The notes under the pieces were generated by a model. That model ran no database searches. It worked only from the letters and a program-made list of their open reading frames with translations, and was not told where the DNA came from. Of a DNA stretch of 64,000 bases, positions 11,933-22,310 are shown piece after piece. The position numbers and the translations under genes were made by a program. The stretch spans positions 1,184,001-1,248,000 of the forward strand of contig CAVUAK010000001.1 of NCBI GenBank assembly GCA_963739455.1, given 5' to 3'. The DNA comes from an uncultured Gemmatimonadales bacterium (lineage in GTDB: Bacteria; Gemmatimonadota; Gemmatimonadetes; Gemmatimonadales; GWC2-71-9). The stretch's first letter is position 1; the number at the start of each line of letters is the position of its first letter.

Positions 11933-12433
11933 TCAGGAGCGGGGCAGGCGGGCCGCCTGCTGCAGGAATTCGACGCGCTGGCGGTACGCGGCACGCACGA
12001 GCCCGGCGAGCACCGGGCTGCCAGGGTCAGCGTCGAGCGCGCGCTGCGACTCGGCAATTGCCGAGTCGATGACGACCAGGTTGCGCGCCAGCACGGCGCG
12101 CGTTTCCGGGGCGAGGTTCGCGGTTCCGAGTCCCTCCTGCATCATGTCGCCGGCCCGCGCGAGGCGGGCGAGCCCTGCGCGGTCGACCGGTGCGGTCGCG
12201 ACCAGCGCCGGGCCCGATCGCTGCACCATGAACCACGTCACCGCTGATGAAGCGACGATGAGCGCGATCGCGGCCGCCAGCTGGAGCAGCACAGGGCGCG
12301 CGCGCGACGTCCCGCGGGGAGCGAGCCGGGCCGCGATGGGCGGCCAGAGATCGCGCGGCGGCTCGATGCTGCGCGGCAGGTCGCTGATGTGCGACTGCAG
12401 GAACGCCTCGTCGTCGGGTCGTTGTCCGGTCAT
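11933..12433 (-). CDS. Putative membrane anti-sigma factor
   Basis: PPRDLWPPI, single TM (LAAAIALIV); ATGA overlap with the ECF sigma gene. Confidence 0.7.
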   Translation of the reverse strand: MTGQRPDDEAFLQSHISDLPRSIEPPRDLWPPIAARLAPRGTSRARPVLLQLAAAIALIVASSAVTWFMVQRSGPALVATAPVDRAGLARLARAGDMMQEGLGTANLAPETRAVLARNLVVIDSAIAESQRALDADPGSPVLAGLVRAAYRQRVEFLQQAARLPRS

Positions 12434-12990
12434 CGGTCCAGGGCCTTGCGCAGGAGACGGCGAGCCCGGAAGAGCTGCGCCTTCGATGTGCCTTCCGCGA
12501 TGCCGGTCAAGCCGGCGATCTCGGCGTGTCCATATCCCTCGATGTCGTGCAGCACGAAAACGGCCCGGGCACCGGGAGGGAGCTGTGCCATCGCCGCCTC
12601 GAGGTCCATGCGGATGCCGGGGTCGGTCGCCAGCTTTGGTGTCTCGAGCATCTCGGGTTCCTCCACGACGGTGACTCGCAGGTCCCGTCGCCACTCGGCT
12701 CGTCGATGCGCCAGCACGACGTTCACCGCGAGACGATGCAGCCAGGTACCGAACGCGCTCTCGTGCCGGAACCCCGGAAGCCGGTCCCACGCGCGGACAA
12801 AGACGTCCTGGGTCCGCTCCGCGGCGGCGGCCGGGTCGCCCTCGAGCCTGAGGCACACGGCATGGATGCGCCCCACATGCGCCCGGTACAGCGCCGCAAA
12901 GGCATCGGCATCGCCCGCCTGGGCGCGGCGGACCTCCAGGCTCAGCGCGCTGGCGTCCACGATCCTGGCTTGTTCGCGGTCATTGGGCAC
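12430..12990 (-). CDS. ECF RNA polymerase sigma factor
   Basis: TQDVFVRAW, FGTWLHRLAVN, LHDIEGYGHAEIA, GTSKAQLFRAR. Confidence 0.95.
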   Translation of the reverse strand: MPNDREQARIVDASALSLEVRRAQAGDADAFAALYRAHVGRIHAVCLRLEGDPAAAAERTQDVFVRAWDRLPGFRHESAFGTWLHRLAVNVVLAHRRAEWRRDLRVTVVEEPEMLETPKLATDPGIRMDLEAAMAQLPPGARAVFVLHDIEGYGHAEIAGLTGIAEGTSKAQLFRARRLLRKALDR

Positions 12991-13071
12991 TGGTCCTTCG
13001 ATGCCGCCGGGGCCATGGTGGTTTGAAACGACATTGGCATGCCCCGGCCCGGCGCGATAGCTTCAACCCCC

Positions 13072-14121
13072 ATGTCATACCTCGCCGATCGTCAGCAGCG
13101 TGCCGCGCTCCTCATCTTCATACTGGGTGCCGGGCTGCTCTGGGCCACCTGGCCCTACTTCAGCGGGTTGCTGGGCGCGCCGGTGCTCTATGTCATCTTC
13201 GGCGGCCTGCACCGAAAGCTGGCTGCGAAGATTGGCCCGTCGAGCGCGGCCATCGTGGTGATCCTCATTTCCTTCCTGGTCATCTTCCTTCCCGTCGTGG
13301 GCGCGGTCGGCCTCCTGGCCTCGGAGGCGCAGGGGTGGGCCGTCGCCATCAAGGACAGCACCCTGCTCGCGCGCCTCTCCGAGCTGCAGGTCGGGGACAT
13401 CCACGTTGGCGAGGAGCTCAAGCGCGTGAGCTCCAGCGCCGTGTCGTGGCTCGGGGGGAGCGCCTTCAGCCTGGTGGGAAGCGGCGCCAAGCTCCTCATC
13501 CAGTTCACGCTGACGTTCTTCGGGCTGTTCTACCTGCTGGTGCAGCCCGATGACGGCCGGAAGATGCTGGAGTCCTTCATTCCGTTCTCGCCGGAGAACC
13601 GAGCGAAGCTGATCGAGGCCTTCAGGAACGTGACGGTCTCGATGCTTGTCGGCACGTTCGCGACTGCGCTGCTGCAGGGCATGGCGATGGGCCTGGCGTT
13701 CTGGGCGCTGGGCCTGTCGAGCCCGGCGTTCTGGGGCGTCGTCACGGTGATCTTCGCGATCCTGCCGCTGGTCGGAAGCGGCCTGATCTGGGCGCCGGCC
13801 TCGGTGTACCTCTTCCTGAACGGGCGGCCGGGCGCGGCGCTGCTGCTGGCGGTGGGTGGCGTCTTCGTCGTCGGCAACATCGATACGCTGGTCCGGCCGT
13901 TCGTTTTCCGTCGCTATGCCAAGATGCACCCGTTCATCACGGTGATCGGTGCCTTTGCCTTCGTCCCCATCGTCGGCCTGCTCGGACTGCTGGTCGGCCC
14001 GCTGGCCATCTCCTACTTCTTCGAGCTGGTGCGGATGTACCGGGGCGAGTACCTGCCCGAGACCGTCGACGCGTCATCACCCGGTCCGCTCGACCTGCCG
14101 GCGGCGGCGCCACAGGTATAG
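13072..14121 (+). CDS. AI-2E family transporter
   Basis: Multi-TM; ALLQG, LPLVGSGLIWAP, GNIDTLVRP, GLLVGP. Confidence 0.9.
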   Translation: MSYLADRQQRAALLIFILGAGLLWATWPYFSGLLGAPVLYVIFGGLHRKLAAKIGPSSAAIVVILISFLVIFLPVVGAVGLLASEAQGWAVAIKDSTLLARLSELQVGDIHVGEELKRVSSSAVSWLGGSAFSLVGSGAKLLIQFTLTFFGLFYLLVQPDDGRKMLESFIPFSPENRAKLIEAFRNVTVSMLVGTFATALLQGMAMGLAFWALGLSSPAFWGVVTVIFAILPLVGSGLIWAPASVYLFLNGRPGAALLLAVGGVFVVGNIDTLVRPFVFRRYAKMHPFITVIGAFAFVPIVGLLGLLVGPLAISYFFELVRMYRGEYLPETVDASSPGPLDLPAAAPQV

Positions 14122-15414
14122 CGGCACGCCGAGCAGGATGAGCGCGGCTGCCGCGCAGGGCGTTGGCCGGGCTGGCGATGATCGAGCCGGCCAACGACGT
14201 AGGCCGCCGCCGCGCAGAACAGCATCACCGAGAGTTTCCAGGCCGGAGTGACGAACTCCGGCCTTGCCGTGCCTGCCAGTGCATCCTGCCGCCGGAAGTA
14301 GAACAATGTCGCGGCCGTCAAACCGAAGAAAATCCAGTCGCCGAAGACGACGTAGTCGAGCAGCTCTCCGTAGGTGTCCGAGAGCACGAGCACTGCCGCC
14401 CAGGCGCCCTGCGCCACCAGTGCGAGGACCGGGGTGCGGAAGCGGGGATTCAGCCGTGCGAAGGCGTCGAAGAAGAGCCCGTCGCGAGCCATGGCCTGGT
14501 AGACGCGGGCGTTGGCGCAGATGGCGAGGTTGAGGAACCCGAAGGTCGAGAGCGCAATGCCAACTGCAATGAAGGTGCGACCGGCCGGCCCGAGGAAGAT
14601 CTGCATGGTGTCGGCCGCCGGGGCGGTGCTGTCCGCCAGGCCCGCCAACGCCGAGTGCCCTCAGGTAGACGAGATTGGCCAGCAGGTACACCACGACCAC
14701 GATGCCGACGCCCCACAGCAGCGCGCGCGGAAGGTTGCGCGGCGCGTCGACCATTTCCTCCGCCACGAAGTTCGTCTGCTGCCATCCGCCATACGCGAAG
14801 AGCACCGGCACCAGCGCGCCCGCGAGTGCCACCGTGGCGCTACCCCTGGCGAGCGGGAGCATCACCGGCGTGGGCAGTGAGCCCTTCCCCAGCATCGCAG
14901 CGAGACCGGCGAGGATGAGCAAACCCAGGGCGGCCAGCTTGAGGATGGTGAACAGGGCGGTCATCACTGCGCTTGGCTTGACGCCCAGGATGTTGATGGC
15001 GGTGAGGAGCACGATGGCCCCGAGCGCCATTGGAGTGATGACCGTGGCGGGCAGCCCCACCACGGCGCCGGCGTAGCTCGCAAAGGTCATCGCCACCGCG
15101 GCGATGGCGCCGGTCGCGATGATGAGCAGGAGGGTCCACGCGTAGAGGAACGCGGGGAGGGGACCGAAGGCGTCGCGGAGATAGGCGTAGCCGCCGCCGG
15201 CTTCCGGTCTCCGTCCGCCGAGCTCGGCGTAGATGAAGGCACCCAGGATCGCCACGGCCCCGCCCACGAGCCATGCGGACATCGTCAGCCCAGCCGTGCC
15301 GGCTCGCTGCGCCACCACCGCCGGGTTGAGGAAGATCCCCGAGCCGATGATGCCGCCCACCACCATCATCGTGCCCTCGAACACGCCGATGCGCCGCGCG
15401 TAGGTCGTCGTCAT
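14077..15414 (-). CDS. APC family amino acid permease; frameshifts near 14650 and 14190
   Basis: VGGIIGSGIF, YAELG, GGGYAYL, FAYGGWQ; middle part in ORF 14013..14648 (MARDGLFF). Confidence 0.9.
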   Translation of the reverse strand: MTTTYARRIGVFEGTMMVVGGIIGSGIFLNPAVVAQRAGTAGLTMSAWLVGGAVAILGAFIYAELGGRRPEAGGGYAYLRDAFGPLPAFLYAWTLLLIIATGAIAAVAMTFASYAGAVVGLPATVITPMALGAIVLLTAINILGVKPSAVMTALFTILKLAALGLLILAGLAAMLGKGSLPTPVMLPLARGSATVALAGALVPVLFAYGGWQQTNFVAEEMVDAPRNLPRALLWGVGIVVVVYLLANLVYLRALGVGGPGGQHRPGGRHHADLPRAGRSHLHCSWHCALDLRVPQPRHLRQRPRLPGHGSRRALLRRLRTAESPLPHPGPRTGGAGRLGGSARALGHLRRAARLRRLRRLDFLRFDGRDIVLLPAAGCTGRHGKAGVRHSGLETLGDAVLRGGGLRRWPARSSPARPTPCAAAALILLGVPLYLWRRRRQVERTG

Positions 15415-15430
15415 GAGCCCCAATCTAGGC

Positions 15431-15465
15431 AAAAAAACAGCGGGGAGTCCGAAGACTCCCCGCTG
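15431..15465 (-). terminator. Intrinsic terminator after ompA
   Basis: cagcggggagtc-cgaa-gactccccgctg followed by T7 on minus strand. Confidence 0.9.
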
Positions 15466-15489
15466 GTACTGCCGTTCAACCGCCCGCGC

Positions 15490-16944
15490 CTAGTTCTGCG
15501 GGATCGGGGGCGGTCCCTCTTCCGTCGGTCCACCGAACAGCGACACACGGCGGTTCAACGTACGACCATCCGCCGTCTTGTTCGTGGCAACCGGCTTCGT
15601 CGGGCCATAGCCCTTCGCCTCGAGCCGGTCGGCCGGGACACCCTTGGTGATCAAGAACGCCTTGACCGCCTGGGCCCGACGATCCGAGAGCTTCATGTTG
15701 TACGCCAGCGACCCGGTGCTGTCGGTGTGGCCCTGCACCCAGATCTTGTAGTCTGGCGGCAGGCTCGGCATGATCGTGTTGATCTTGATCGCCGCATCCG
15801 TCAGCGCAACCTTCGCCTCTGGCTTGAGCGTCGAGCTGCTCACCGCAAAGCTGCTGCCCTTGATGGTGAACGTCCCGCCGGTCTCCTCAAAGATGATCCG
15901 GCAGCCGACAGCGTCGACCTTGTTGCCAGGGTTCGTGGACGGGCAGCGGTCCTTGCAATCCGGCACGCCGTCGCCATCGGAATCCTTCTGGCAATCCGAG
16001 CAACCCTGCGCGTCGACCTTCTCGCCGGCCGGGGTGTTCGGGCACTTGTCGGCGGCGTTCGGCACGCCGTCCTTGTCGTCATCCAGCGGGCAGCCAGTCG
16101 CGTCGACCGGGGTGCCAGCAGGCGTGTTCGGGCACTTGTCGAGGGCGTTGTTCACGCCATCGCGGTCGTCGTCGAGCTGGGACTGCGAGCAGCCAACCGA
16201 GTTGACCGTCTCACCAGCCGGGGTGTTCGGGCACTGGTCGCGGTCGTTCGGCACGCCGTCCTTGTCGTCATCCAGCGGAATCGGACAGCCCTTGTCGTCA
16301 ACCTTGGTGCCCAGCGGGGTGTTCGGGCACTGATCGAGCTTGTCGATCACGCCGTCCTTGTCGGAGTCCTTCGGCTTCTCCTTCGGGAACATGAGGGAGA
16401 GACCAGCCTGAAGGCCCCAGTTACCGGCGTTATCTGGCGGGCCGGTGAATTCAGCCGGCGAGGTGACGTAATCGTAGGTGCCGTCGATACGCGCCTGGAG
16501 CACGCCGCCGACGCCGAAACGCAAGCCGACGAGGAACGCCGGGCCGATGCCGTCAGTGTGGCCAGGGATCGTGTCGTAGAACCCGCCGTAGCCGCTGTAC
16601 GCGACGCCAGCGCCGAGGATCAGCGCCATCGGCTTGAAGTTGATGTTGTACTCGAGGAAGCCACGACCCGAGAGCACGCCGACGTTCTCATCGAACGATG
16701 GCCCAAGCGAGTCGGTGGAGTTGGTCGGGATGTAGCTGACCTGGCCCTCGATCTCGAGGTTGCGGAGCAGGAAGAAGCCAAGCCGCCCGCCGAATCCAAT
16801 CTTGTTCTGGAGCTGGTACGCATCATCGAACCACGTTACGCGCCCAAAGGCACCGATTTCCACCGTGCCTGCTTTTTGGGCGGCGGCGGGTGCGGCCGCG
16901 ATAACCAGGGCCGCAGCAGACACGAACAGAGATCGCATGGACAC
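15490..16944 (-). CDS. OmpA family protein: beta-barrel, thrombospondin type 3 repeats, peptidoglycan-binding domain
   Basis: Repeated DxDxDGVxxxxDxCPNTP; GHTDSTG, NMKLSDRRA, NRRV. Confidence 0.93.
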   Translation of the reverse strand: MSMRSLFVSAAALVIAAAPAAAQKAGTVEIGAFGRVTWFDDAYQLQNKIGFGGRLGFFLLRNLEIEGQVSYIPTNSTDSLGPSFDENVGVLSGRGFLEYNINFKPMALILGAGVAYSGYGGFYDTIPGHTDGIGPAFLVGLRFGVGGVLQARIDGTYDYVTSPAEFTGPPDNAGNWGLQAGLSLMFPKEKPKDSDKDGVIDKLDQCPNTPLGTKVDDKGCPIPLDDDKDGVPNDRDQCPNTPAGETVNSVGCSQSQLDDDRDGVNNALDKCPNTPAGTPVDATGCPLDDDKDGVPNAADKCPNTPAGEKVDAQGCSDCQKDSDGDGVPDCKDRCPSTNPGNKVDAVGCRIIFEETGGTFTIKGSSFAVSSSTLKPEAKVALTDAAIKINTIMPSLPPDYKIWVQGHTDSTGSLAYNMKLSDRRAQAVKAFLITKGVPADRLEAKGYGPTKPVATNKTADGRTLNRRVSLFGGPTEEGPPPIPQN

Positions 16945-17124
16945 TCCGAGACTTGAGGGGAACGAAAAACGCCAAACCGCCGGCCGAGGCCGACGTCAGG
17001 TGGGGAAACTTACGTCTAGGCGCCAAAACGTCAATACAGCCACAACTTGAGTACCCATGGCCATGAAATATGTCTCACGAAGGGCTGCAACCGATTTCAC
17101 GGTTGAAACGTTGCGAACGAGGCC

Positions 17125-17164
17125 TTGACTTTCGATGAGGGCTAAATAGTTTAGTGCTCAAGTA
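17125..17164 (+). promoter_or_regulatory. Putative sigma70 promoter with overlapping imperfect palindrome (candidate MarR operator)
   Basis: TTGACT-16 bp-TAGTTT; TAGTTTAG-TG-CTCAAGTA, 6/8 inverted match. Confidence 0.5.
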
Positions 17165-17186
17165 ACTCAACGAGGCTCAGGAACCA

Positions 17187-17687
17187 ATGGCTGGATACGC
17201 TGGAACGTCCCAGGAGCGACTCGCACTCCGCACCTTCGTCAAGATGGTGCGGGCGGCGAACGGGCTCAGCGCCCGACTCAACCGTCCCCTCGCCGATGCA
17301 GGCCTGAGCGAGAGCCAGTTCGGGGTGCTCGAGGCGCTGCTGCACCTGGGGCCGCTTCACCAGCGCGAGCTGGCAGCCAAGATCCTCCGGACGCATGGCA
17401 ACGTGACGCTCGTGGTGGATCACCTGGAGAAGCGCGGCCTGGTCCGGCGTGAACGCGGTTCCACCGATCGCCGCTACATCCGGGTGCACCTCACACCCGA
17501 AGGCGAGTCACTGGTGCGTGGCCTCTTTCCGGCGCACGCCGCGAGGCTCGCGGAGGAAATGAGCGTGCTCAGCGAGGATGAGCAGCGCGAACTGGGACGG
17601 CTATGCCGGCGCCTGATGCGCCAGGCGACCGAACTGGTGACCAGCGGCGAGGTGCCGGCGGCGATGGATGAAGGCGAAGGCGAGTAG
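17187..17687 (+). CDS. MarR family regulator (MhqR-like)
   Basis: LSESQFGVLEAL, GNVTLVVDHLEKRGLV, DRR...LTPEG. Confidence 0.92.
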   Translation: MAGYAGTSQERLALRTFVKMVRAANGLSARLNRPLADAGLSESQFGVLEALLHLGPLHQRELAAKILRTHGNVTLVVDHLEKRGLVRRERGSTDRRYIRVHLTPEGESLVRGLFPAHAARLAEEMSVLSEDEQRELGRLCRRLMRQATELVTSGEVPAAMDEGEGE

Positions 17688-17725
17688 CAGGCGAACGGCA
17701 GCACACACCACGAAGGAGCAGGACA

Positions 17726-18675
17726 ATGACCGGCATACATCACGTCACCGCCATATCGAGCGATCCCGCGGCGACGGTGCGTTTCTACAGTGACACACTC
17801 GGGCTGCGGCTGGTGAAGCAGACGGTGAATTTCGATGACCCCGGCACCTTTCACCTCTACTTCGGGGACCGCACCGGCGCACCGGGATCGATCCTCACCT
17901 TCTTCCCGTTCCCTGATGGCATGCGGGGGCGCACCGGCACAGGCCAGGCGGCGGTGACCAGCCTCGCGATCCCGGTCGAGTCGATCGGCTGGTGGATCGA
18001 GCGTCTCGGTGCTCGCGGCCTGGCGGTGGAGACGCCGGTCGGACGATTCGACGAGCGCGTCATCGCGCTGCGCGATCCCGACGGGATGCTGCTCGAGCTG
18101 GTGGGCGCGGCGCGGTACGCCGACCTCGAGGGGTGGGCGCACGGAAGCGTTCCCGCCGAGCATGCCATCCGCGGTGTGCATGGGGTGACGCTGTGGACCG
18201 ACGGGCCGGCGACAGGAACCGAAGAGGTGCTGACCGGGCTGCTCGGCTTTGCGCCGAGCCGGCGAGGAGGGTGGCACGCGTCGCTTCAGGGGTGATTCAC
18301 CGCTCGGGAGCGTGGTCGACCTCCGCCGCACGGACGGTTTCTGGCGCGGCGTGGGCGGAGTGGGCACGGTGCATCACGTCGCGTTCCGCGCGGCTGATGA
18401 GGCACGGCAGCTCGAGGTGCGCGCGGCGGTCGAGGCGTCGGGGCTGCAGGTCACGCCGGTGGTCGATCGGCAGTACTTCAAGTCGGTGTACTTCCGTGAG
18501 CCGGGCGGCGTGCTGTTCGAGGTCGCGACCGATACCCCGGGATTCCTGTGGGATGAGGCCGAGCCGGAACTCGGCACATCGCTCAAGCTGCCCGTCATGG
18601 CTCGAGGCGCATCGTGAGGAAATCGTGCAGGCGCTGCCATCGCTGGAGAGTGCGGTCGGGGTGAGCCATGACTGA
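17726..18675 (+). CDS. Ring-cleaving dioxygenase (VOC, MhqO/PcpA-like); frameshifts near 18260 and 18590
   Basis: GIHHVTAI, VKQTVNFDDP, HHVAFR, DRQYFKSVYFREPGGVLFEVATD. Confidence 0.92.
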
Positions 18676-19347
18676 TGCGCTGAAGCTGGTTCATCGGTTC
18701 GAGCCGGGCAGCGCGGAGCTTCCGAGCGCTCCTGCTGCTGCACGGCACCGGTGGAGACGAGAACGACCTGCTCCCGCTCGGGCGGGCGCTGCTGCCGGGC
18801 GCCGCGCTGCTGAGCCCGCGCGGCGCCGTGCTCGAGCGGGGCCAGCCGCGGTTCTTCCGCCGGCTGGCCGAGGGCGTCTTCGATCTCGAGGACCTGCGTG
18901 TCCGGACGGCAGAACTGGCGACGTTCGTGCGTGACGCAGCGGCGACGTACACGCTCGATGCCAGGCGCATCGTGGCCGTCGGCTTCTCCAACGGAGCCAA
19001 CATCGCGGCGAGCCTCATGCTGGCAGACACTGGTGTGCTGGCCGGAGCCGTGCTGTTCCGGCCGATGGTGCCATTCGAGCCGGAGGCACGGCCGAACCTT
19101 CAGGGCGTACCGGTGCTCATCTCGGCGGGACGCGCCGACCCGATCGTGCCGTCGGCACTGGTCGAGCGGCTCGGAGTACTACTTGGAGGAGGGCGGCGCC
19201 GCGGTGGAGCTGCTGTGGCAGCCCGGCGGTCATGGACTGACGAAGGGTGACGTGGAGGCTGCGTCTGCGTTCCTGCATGAGCACGCCGCCGATTTCGGCA
19301 TTTCTTCGCTAACGGGCGACGCGGCTCCGGGACATCTAGACAGGTAA
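18668..19347 (+). CDS. Phospholipase/carboxylesterase (MhqD-like); frameshifted
   Basis: LLHGTGGDE, RFFRRLAEG, GFSNGA, GGHGL. Confidence 0.88.
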
Positions 19348-19388
19348 CTGCAAAGGGGAAACTCCTATGTCGCTGGTCGCCCTCGAGC

Positions 19389-19673
19389 TTGATCGCCAGG
19401 TCCGCGCCGATCGCCTGGTTCAGGAGATCGCCGCCCGTCATGGTCTTCCCCCCATTCACAGCATTGCTCGCCACTCCGGTCCCGACGGACCGCTTCCTCG
19501 TGGCCTATGTGCCTGATGTCGGTGGCATCGCCGGAACGCCGCACGCGGTGGAGTACGCCTTCGCGTCGTCGATGCAGGCTTCGATCGAGGAGTTGCGGCG
19601 GGTGGTGACGGAATCGCCGGGGGGCGCGGGGTCGGCGGCGTATGTACACGACCTGGATGGTGGGATGGACTAG
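19389..19673 (+). CDS. Possible small hypothetical protein (start uncertain)
   Basis: Only ORF filling the gap; no recognised motif. Confidence 0.3.
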   Translation: MIARSAPIAWFRRSPPVMVFPPFTALLATPVPTDRFLVAYVPDVGGIAGTPHAVEYAFASSMQASIEELRRVVTESPGGAGSAAYVHDLDGGMD

Positions 19674-19739
19674 CGGCGCCCTCGCTTCGCCCAGGATGTC
19701 GAGTGGCACTCAAGCCAGACCGGCGCATTACCATTGGTA

Positions 19740-20662
19740 ATGCGCCGCTTCTTTTTTCCTTCTGCTCATCATGTCGATGGTGCTCGCCGTCCCGGCGCTC
19801 GGGCCAGGGTGCTCAGCCGACATCACTCGTGGAGCGGTTCGCCGCGTTCAGCGCGGTGACGGGGTTCGAGCAGGCGGTGGTCGATACCCTGTTGCGCGAG
19901 TTGCTTCCCGGGGCGATCCGCGATCGATCCGGCAGCGCGGTGCTGGTGCTCGGGTCTGGTACGCCCCGACGCCTCGTCGCCTGTCCGCTGGACGAGCCCG
20001 GCTGGGTCGTTGGCAGTGTGCAGTCCGATGGCTACCTCACGCTCCGTCGCGCACCGGGCCGGTTGCCGTCTCCACTCTTCGACCAGCAGCTCGAGGGACA
20101 TCGCATCACGTTGTTCGGGCGCTGGGGGCCGGTCCCCGGCGTCGTCGCCGTCCGCTCGGTGCACCTCACCCGGGGGCGCGACTCGGGTGCGGACGATCCC
20201 TTCAGCGTCGATGACGCGCGGGTCGACGTCGGTGCGTCGAGCCTGACGAGTGCGCGGGCGCTGGGTGTCGACGTGCTCACGCCGGTCACGCTGGCGAAGA
20301 AGCCGCTGCGCTACGGCACGGACCTGCTTGCGGCACCGATGGCGGGGCGCCGCGCCGCATGCGCTGCGCTGGTACTCGCGGCGCGTGAGACGAAGCCGGC
20401 GATCGGGCACGGTCGTGGTGGCATTCGTCACCGAGCAGAACCTGTCGCAGCGAGGCTTGCGCACGGTGCGACTGACGCAGGGACCGTTCACCGAGGAACT
20501 GGTCATCGATGGCGGCGCCGGAGCGCCGGGGCTGCCGACTGAGGGAAGGAGGGATGGCTCCTCCCCGCGGCGAACGTGAGCACGCCGGTGGAGACGGTGT
20601 CGCTGGCTGGCGCGGATTCACTGCGAGCGCGGCTCGGTCGCTGGATCGCGGGGGCACCGTGA
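19740..20662 (+). CDS. M42 peptidase-like protein, degenerate first copy; frameshifted
   Basis: AVTGFEQ, ACPLDEPG, GVVAVRSVHL, VDVGA; signal peptide. Confidence 0.7.
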
Positions 20663-21749
20663 AGCGCCTGTTGATGGCGGCAATGCTCGTCCTGCCGGCC
20701 CGAGCGCCGTCGGCGCAACAACAGCCGCTCGCTGGATGACGTGCGCTCCGTGCTCGCGCCGTTGATCGAGACCTATGGCGTGTCGGGCATGGAAGGTCCC
20801 GGTGCGCGATGCGGTGAGCCGCATGCTGCCCGCATGGGCGAGCGCCACCACCGACAGTGCCGGCAACCTGATCGTGAGCGTCGGTGAGGGGGAACCGCTG
20901 GTGGTGTTCGTGGCGCATCTCGACGAGATCGGCTTTGTCATCACCGCAATCCGGGATGACGGCACACTCGAGCTCAAGCAGCGTGGCGGATTCTTCCTCT
21001 CGCTCTTCGAGGCCCAGCCCGCGCTGGTGCACACCGGTGACCGGAGCATCCCCGGCGTCTTCCTGCCGCGCGACTCTGCTCGGCGCATCCCCGCGCCGCA
21101 CACCGGCACCGTTCCGCGCCGACGTCGGCGCGGGCTCACGCGCCGGCGTGGAGGCGATGGGGATCCGCGTCGGTCACACGCTCACCATGCCCAAGCAGTT
21201 CGTGCCGCTCGCCGGCACGCGCGCCACCGGCCGCTCGTTCGACGACCGGGTCGGGCTGCACCGCCCAGATCCTGGCGCTGCGTCGACTCGACCCGAAGCG
21301 GCTGCATCATCGCGTCATCTTCGTGTGGAGCGTGCGGGAGGAGACGGGGCTCGAGGGCGCGCGTGTCGTTGCGGATGCACTCGGCCTCACGACGGCGCGC
21401 GTGCACGCGGTGGACACCTTCGTGTCGTCGGACTCGCCGCTCGAGATCAAGACCTTCGCCGATGTGCCGCTCGGCTCCGGCGCGGTGGCCCGCGCGCTGG
21501 ACAACAGCAGCGTCACGCCGCCGGCACTGGTGGACTCACTGGTGCACGTGGCGGTGCGCCGGAAGGTGCCACTGCAGGTGGGCACGACGAACGGTGGCAA
21601 CGATGGATCGGTCTTCGCGTCGTGGGGCGTGCCCGACGTGCCGCTCGTCGTGGCCGCTGCGCTATGCCCACTCTCCCGCCGAGGTGATCGACCTCAAGGA
21701 TGTGCAGGCGCTGGCCCAGCTCATCCAGGCGGTGGCGGAGGACTGGTAG
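20659..21749 (+). CDS. M42 family metallo-aminopeptidase; multiple frameshifts
   Basis: AHLDEIG, GRSFDDRVG, VREETG, GGNDG, RYAHSPAE. Confidence 0.85.
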
Positions 21750-21782
21750 CGCCGGGCCGGGCTCATGCTCCCGCAGCACTTC

Positions 21783-22245
21783 CTATTTCCCCTGCCTTAT
21801 CACGGAAAAAATGTGATAGCCGATGCCAATCACAACTGCAGTCATGGCCTTCGGCAGCGGGACATCGGCGGAAGGCACCAGTTGGATGGTTCCTTCCACG
21901 AACAGGGGGATGTACAAGAGCGTGCCAGTGACTACGCCGGGCGAGTACGCTCGCAGCTTGAAGACGCCCCAGATGTGAAAACAGGCGTTAGCCGCCGCGA
22001 TAGCTGCGACGTAGTACCACACGGCATACCCATTTGGCGTGCTGCCAAGATAAAGTGCGAATGCACAAGCGCACATCATGAAGCGTATTGATCCATACCA
22101 GGAACCCCGTGTTGCTCTTCTTGACCGTCCCTGGAGGTATCAGCCTGGCGAACCATTCAGGGAACCCCCCGGGAAACAGGAATTCCTCGGTCACGTGCAG
22201 CATGACGGCTGCCGCGAGCGCGATCGACAATTCTGAAAATGGCAT
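21783..22245 (-). CDS. HXXEE domain membrane protein; frameshift near 22080
   Basis: HVTEEFLFPGGF, N...FH, YSPGVVTG. Confidence 0.8.
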
Positions 22246-22273
22246 GCGGTAATACTAGCAAGGAGCCTGCGCC

Positions 22274-22310
22274 TTGCGTCGGGGCGGCCAATACTGCATT
22301 TTTATGCGTT
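22274..22310 (+). promoter_or_regulatory. arg operon promoter with ARG box
   Basis: ACTGCATTTTTATGCGTT (22293-22310) matches the TGCAT-N4-ATGCA ArgR palindrome; TTGCGT -35-like at 22274. Confidence 0.75.

Noticed and set aside
15920..16370. DNA repeats within ompA as a mobile or array element
   Set aside because: They encode ordinary thrombospondin type 3 calcium-binding repeats
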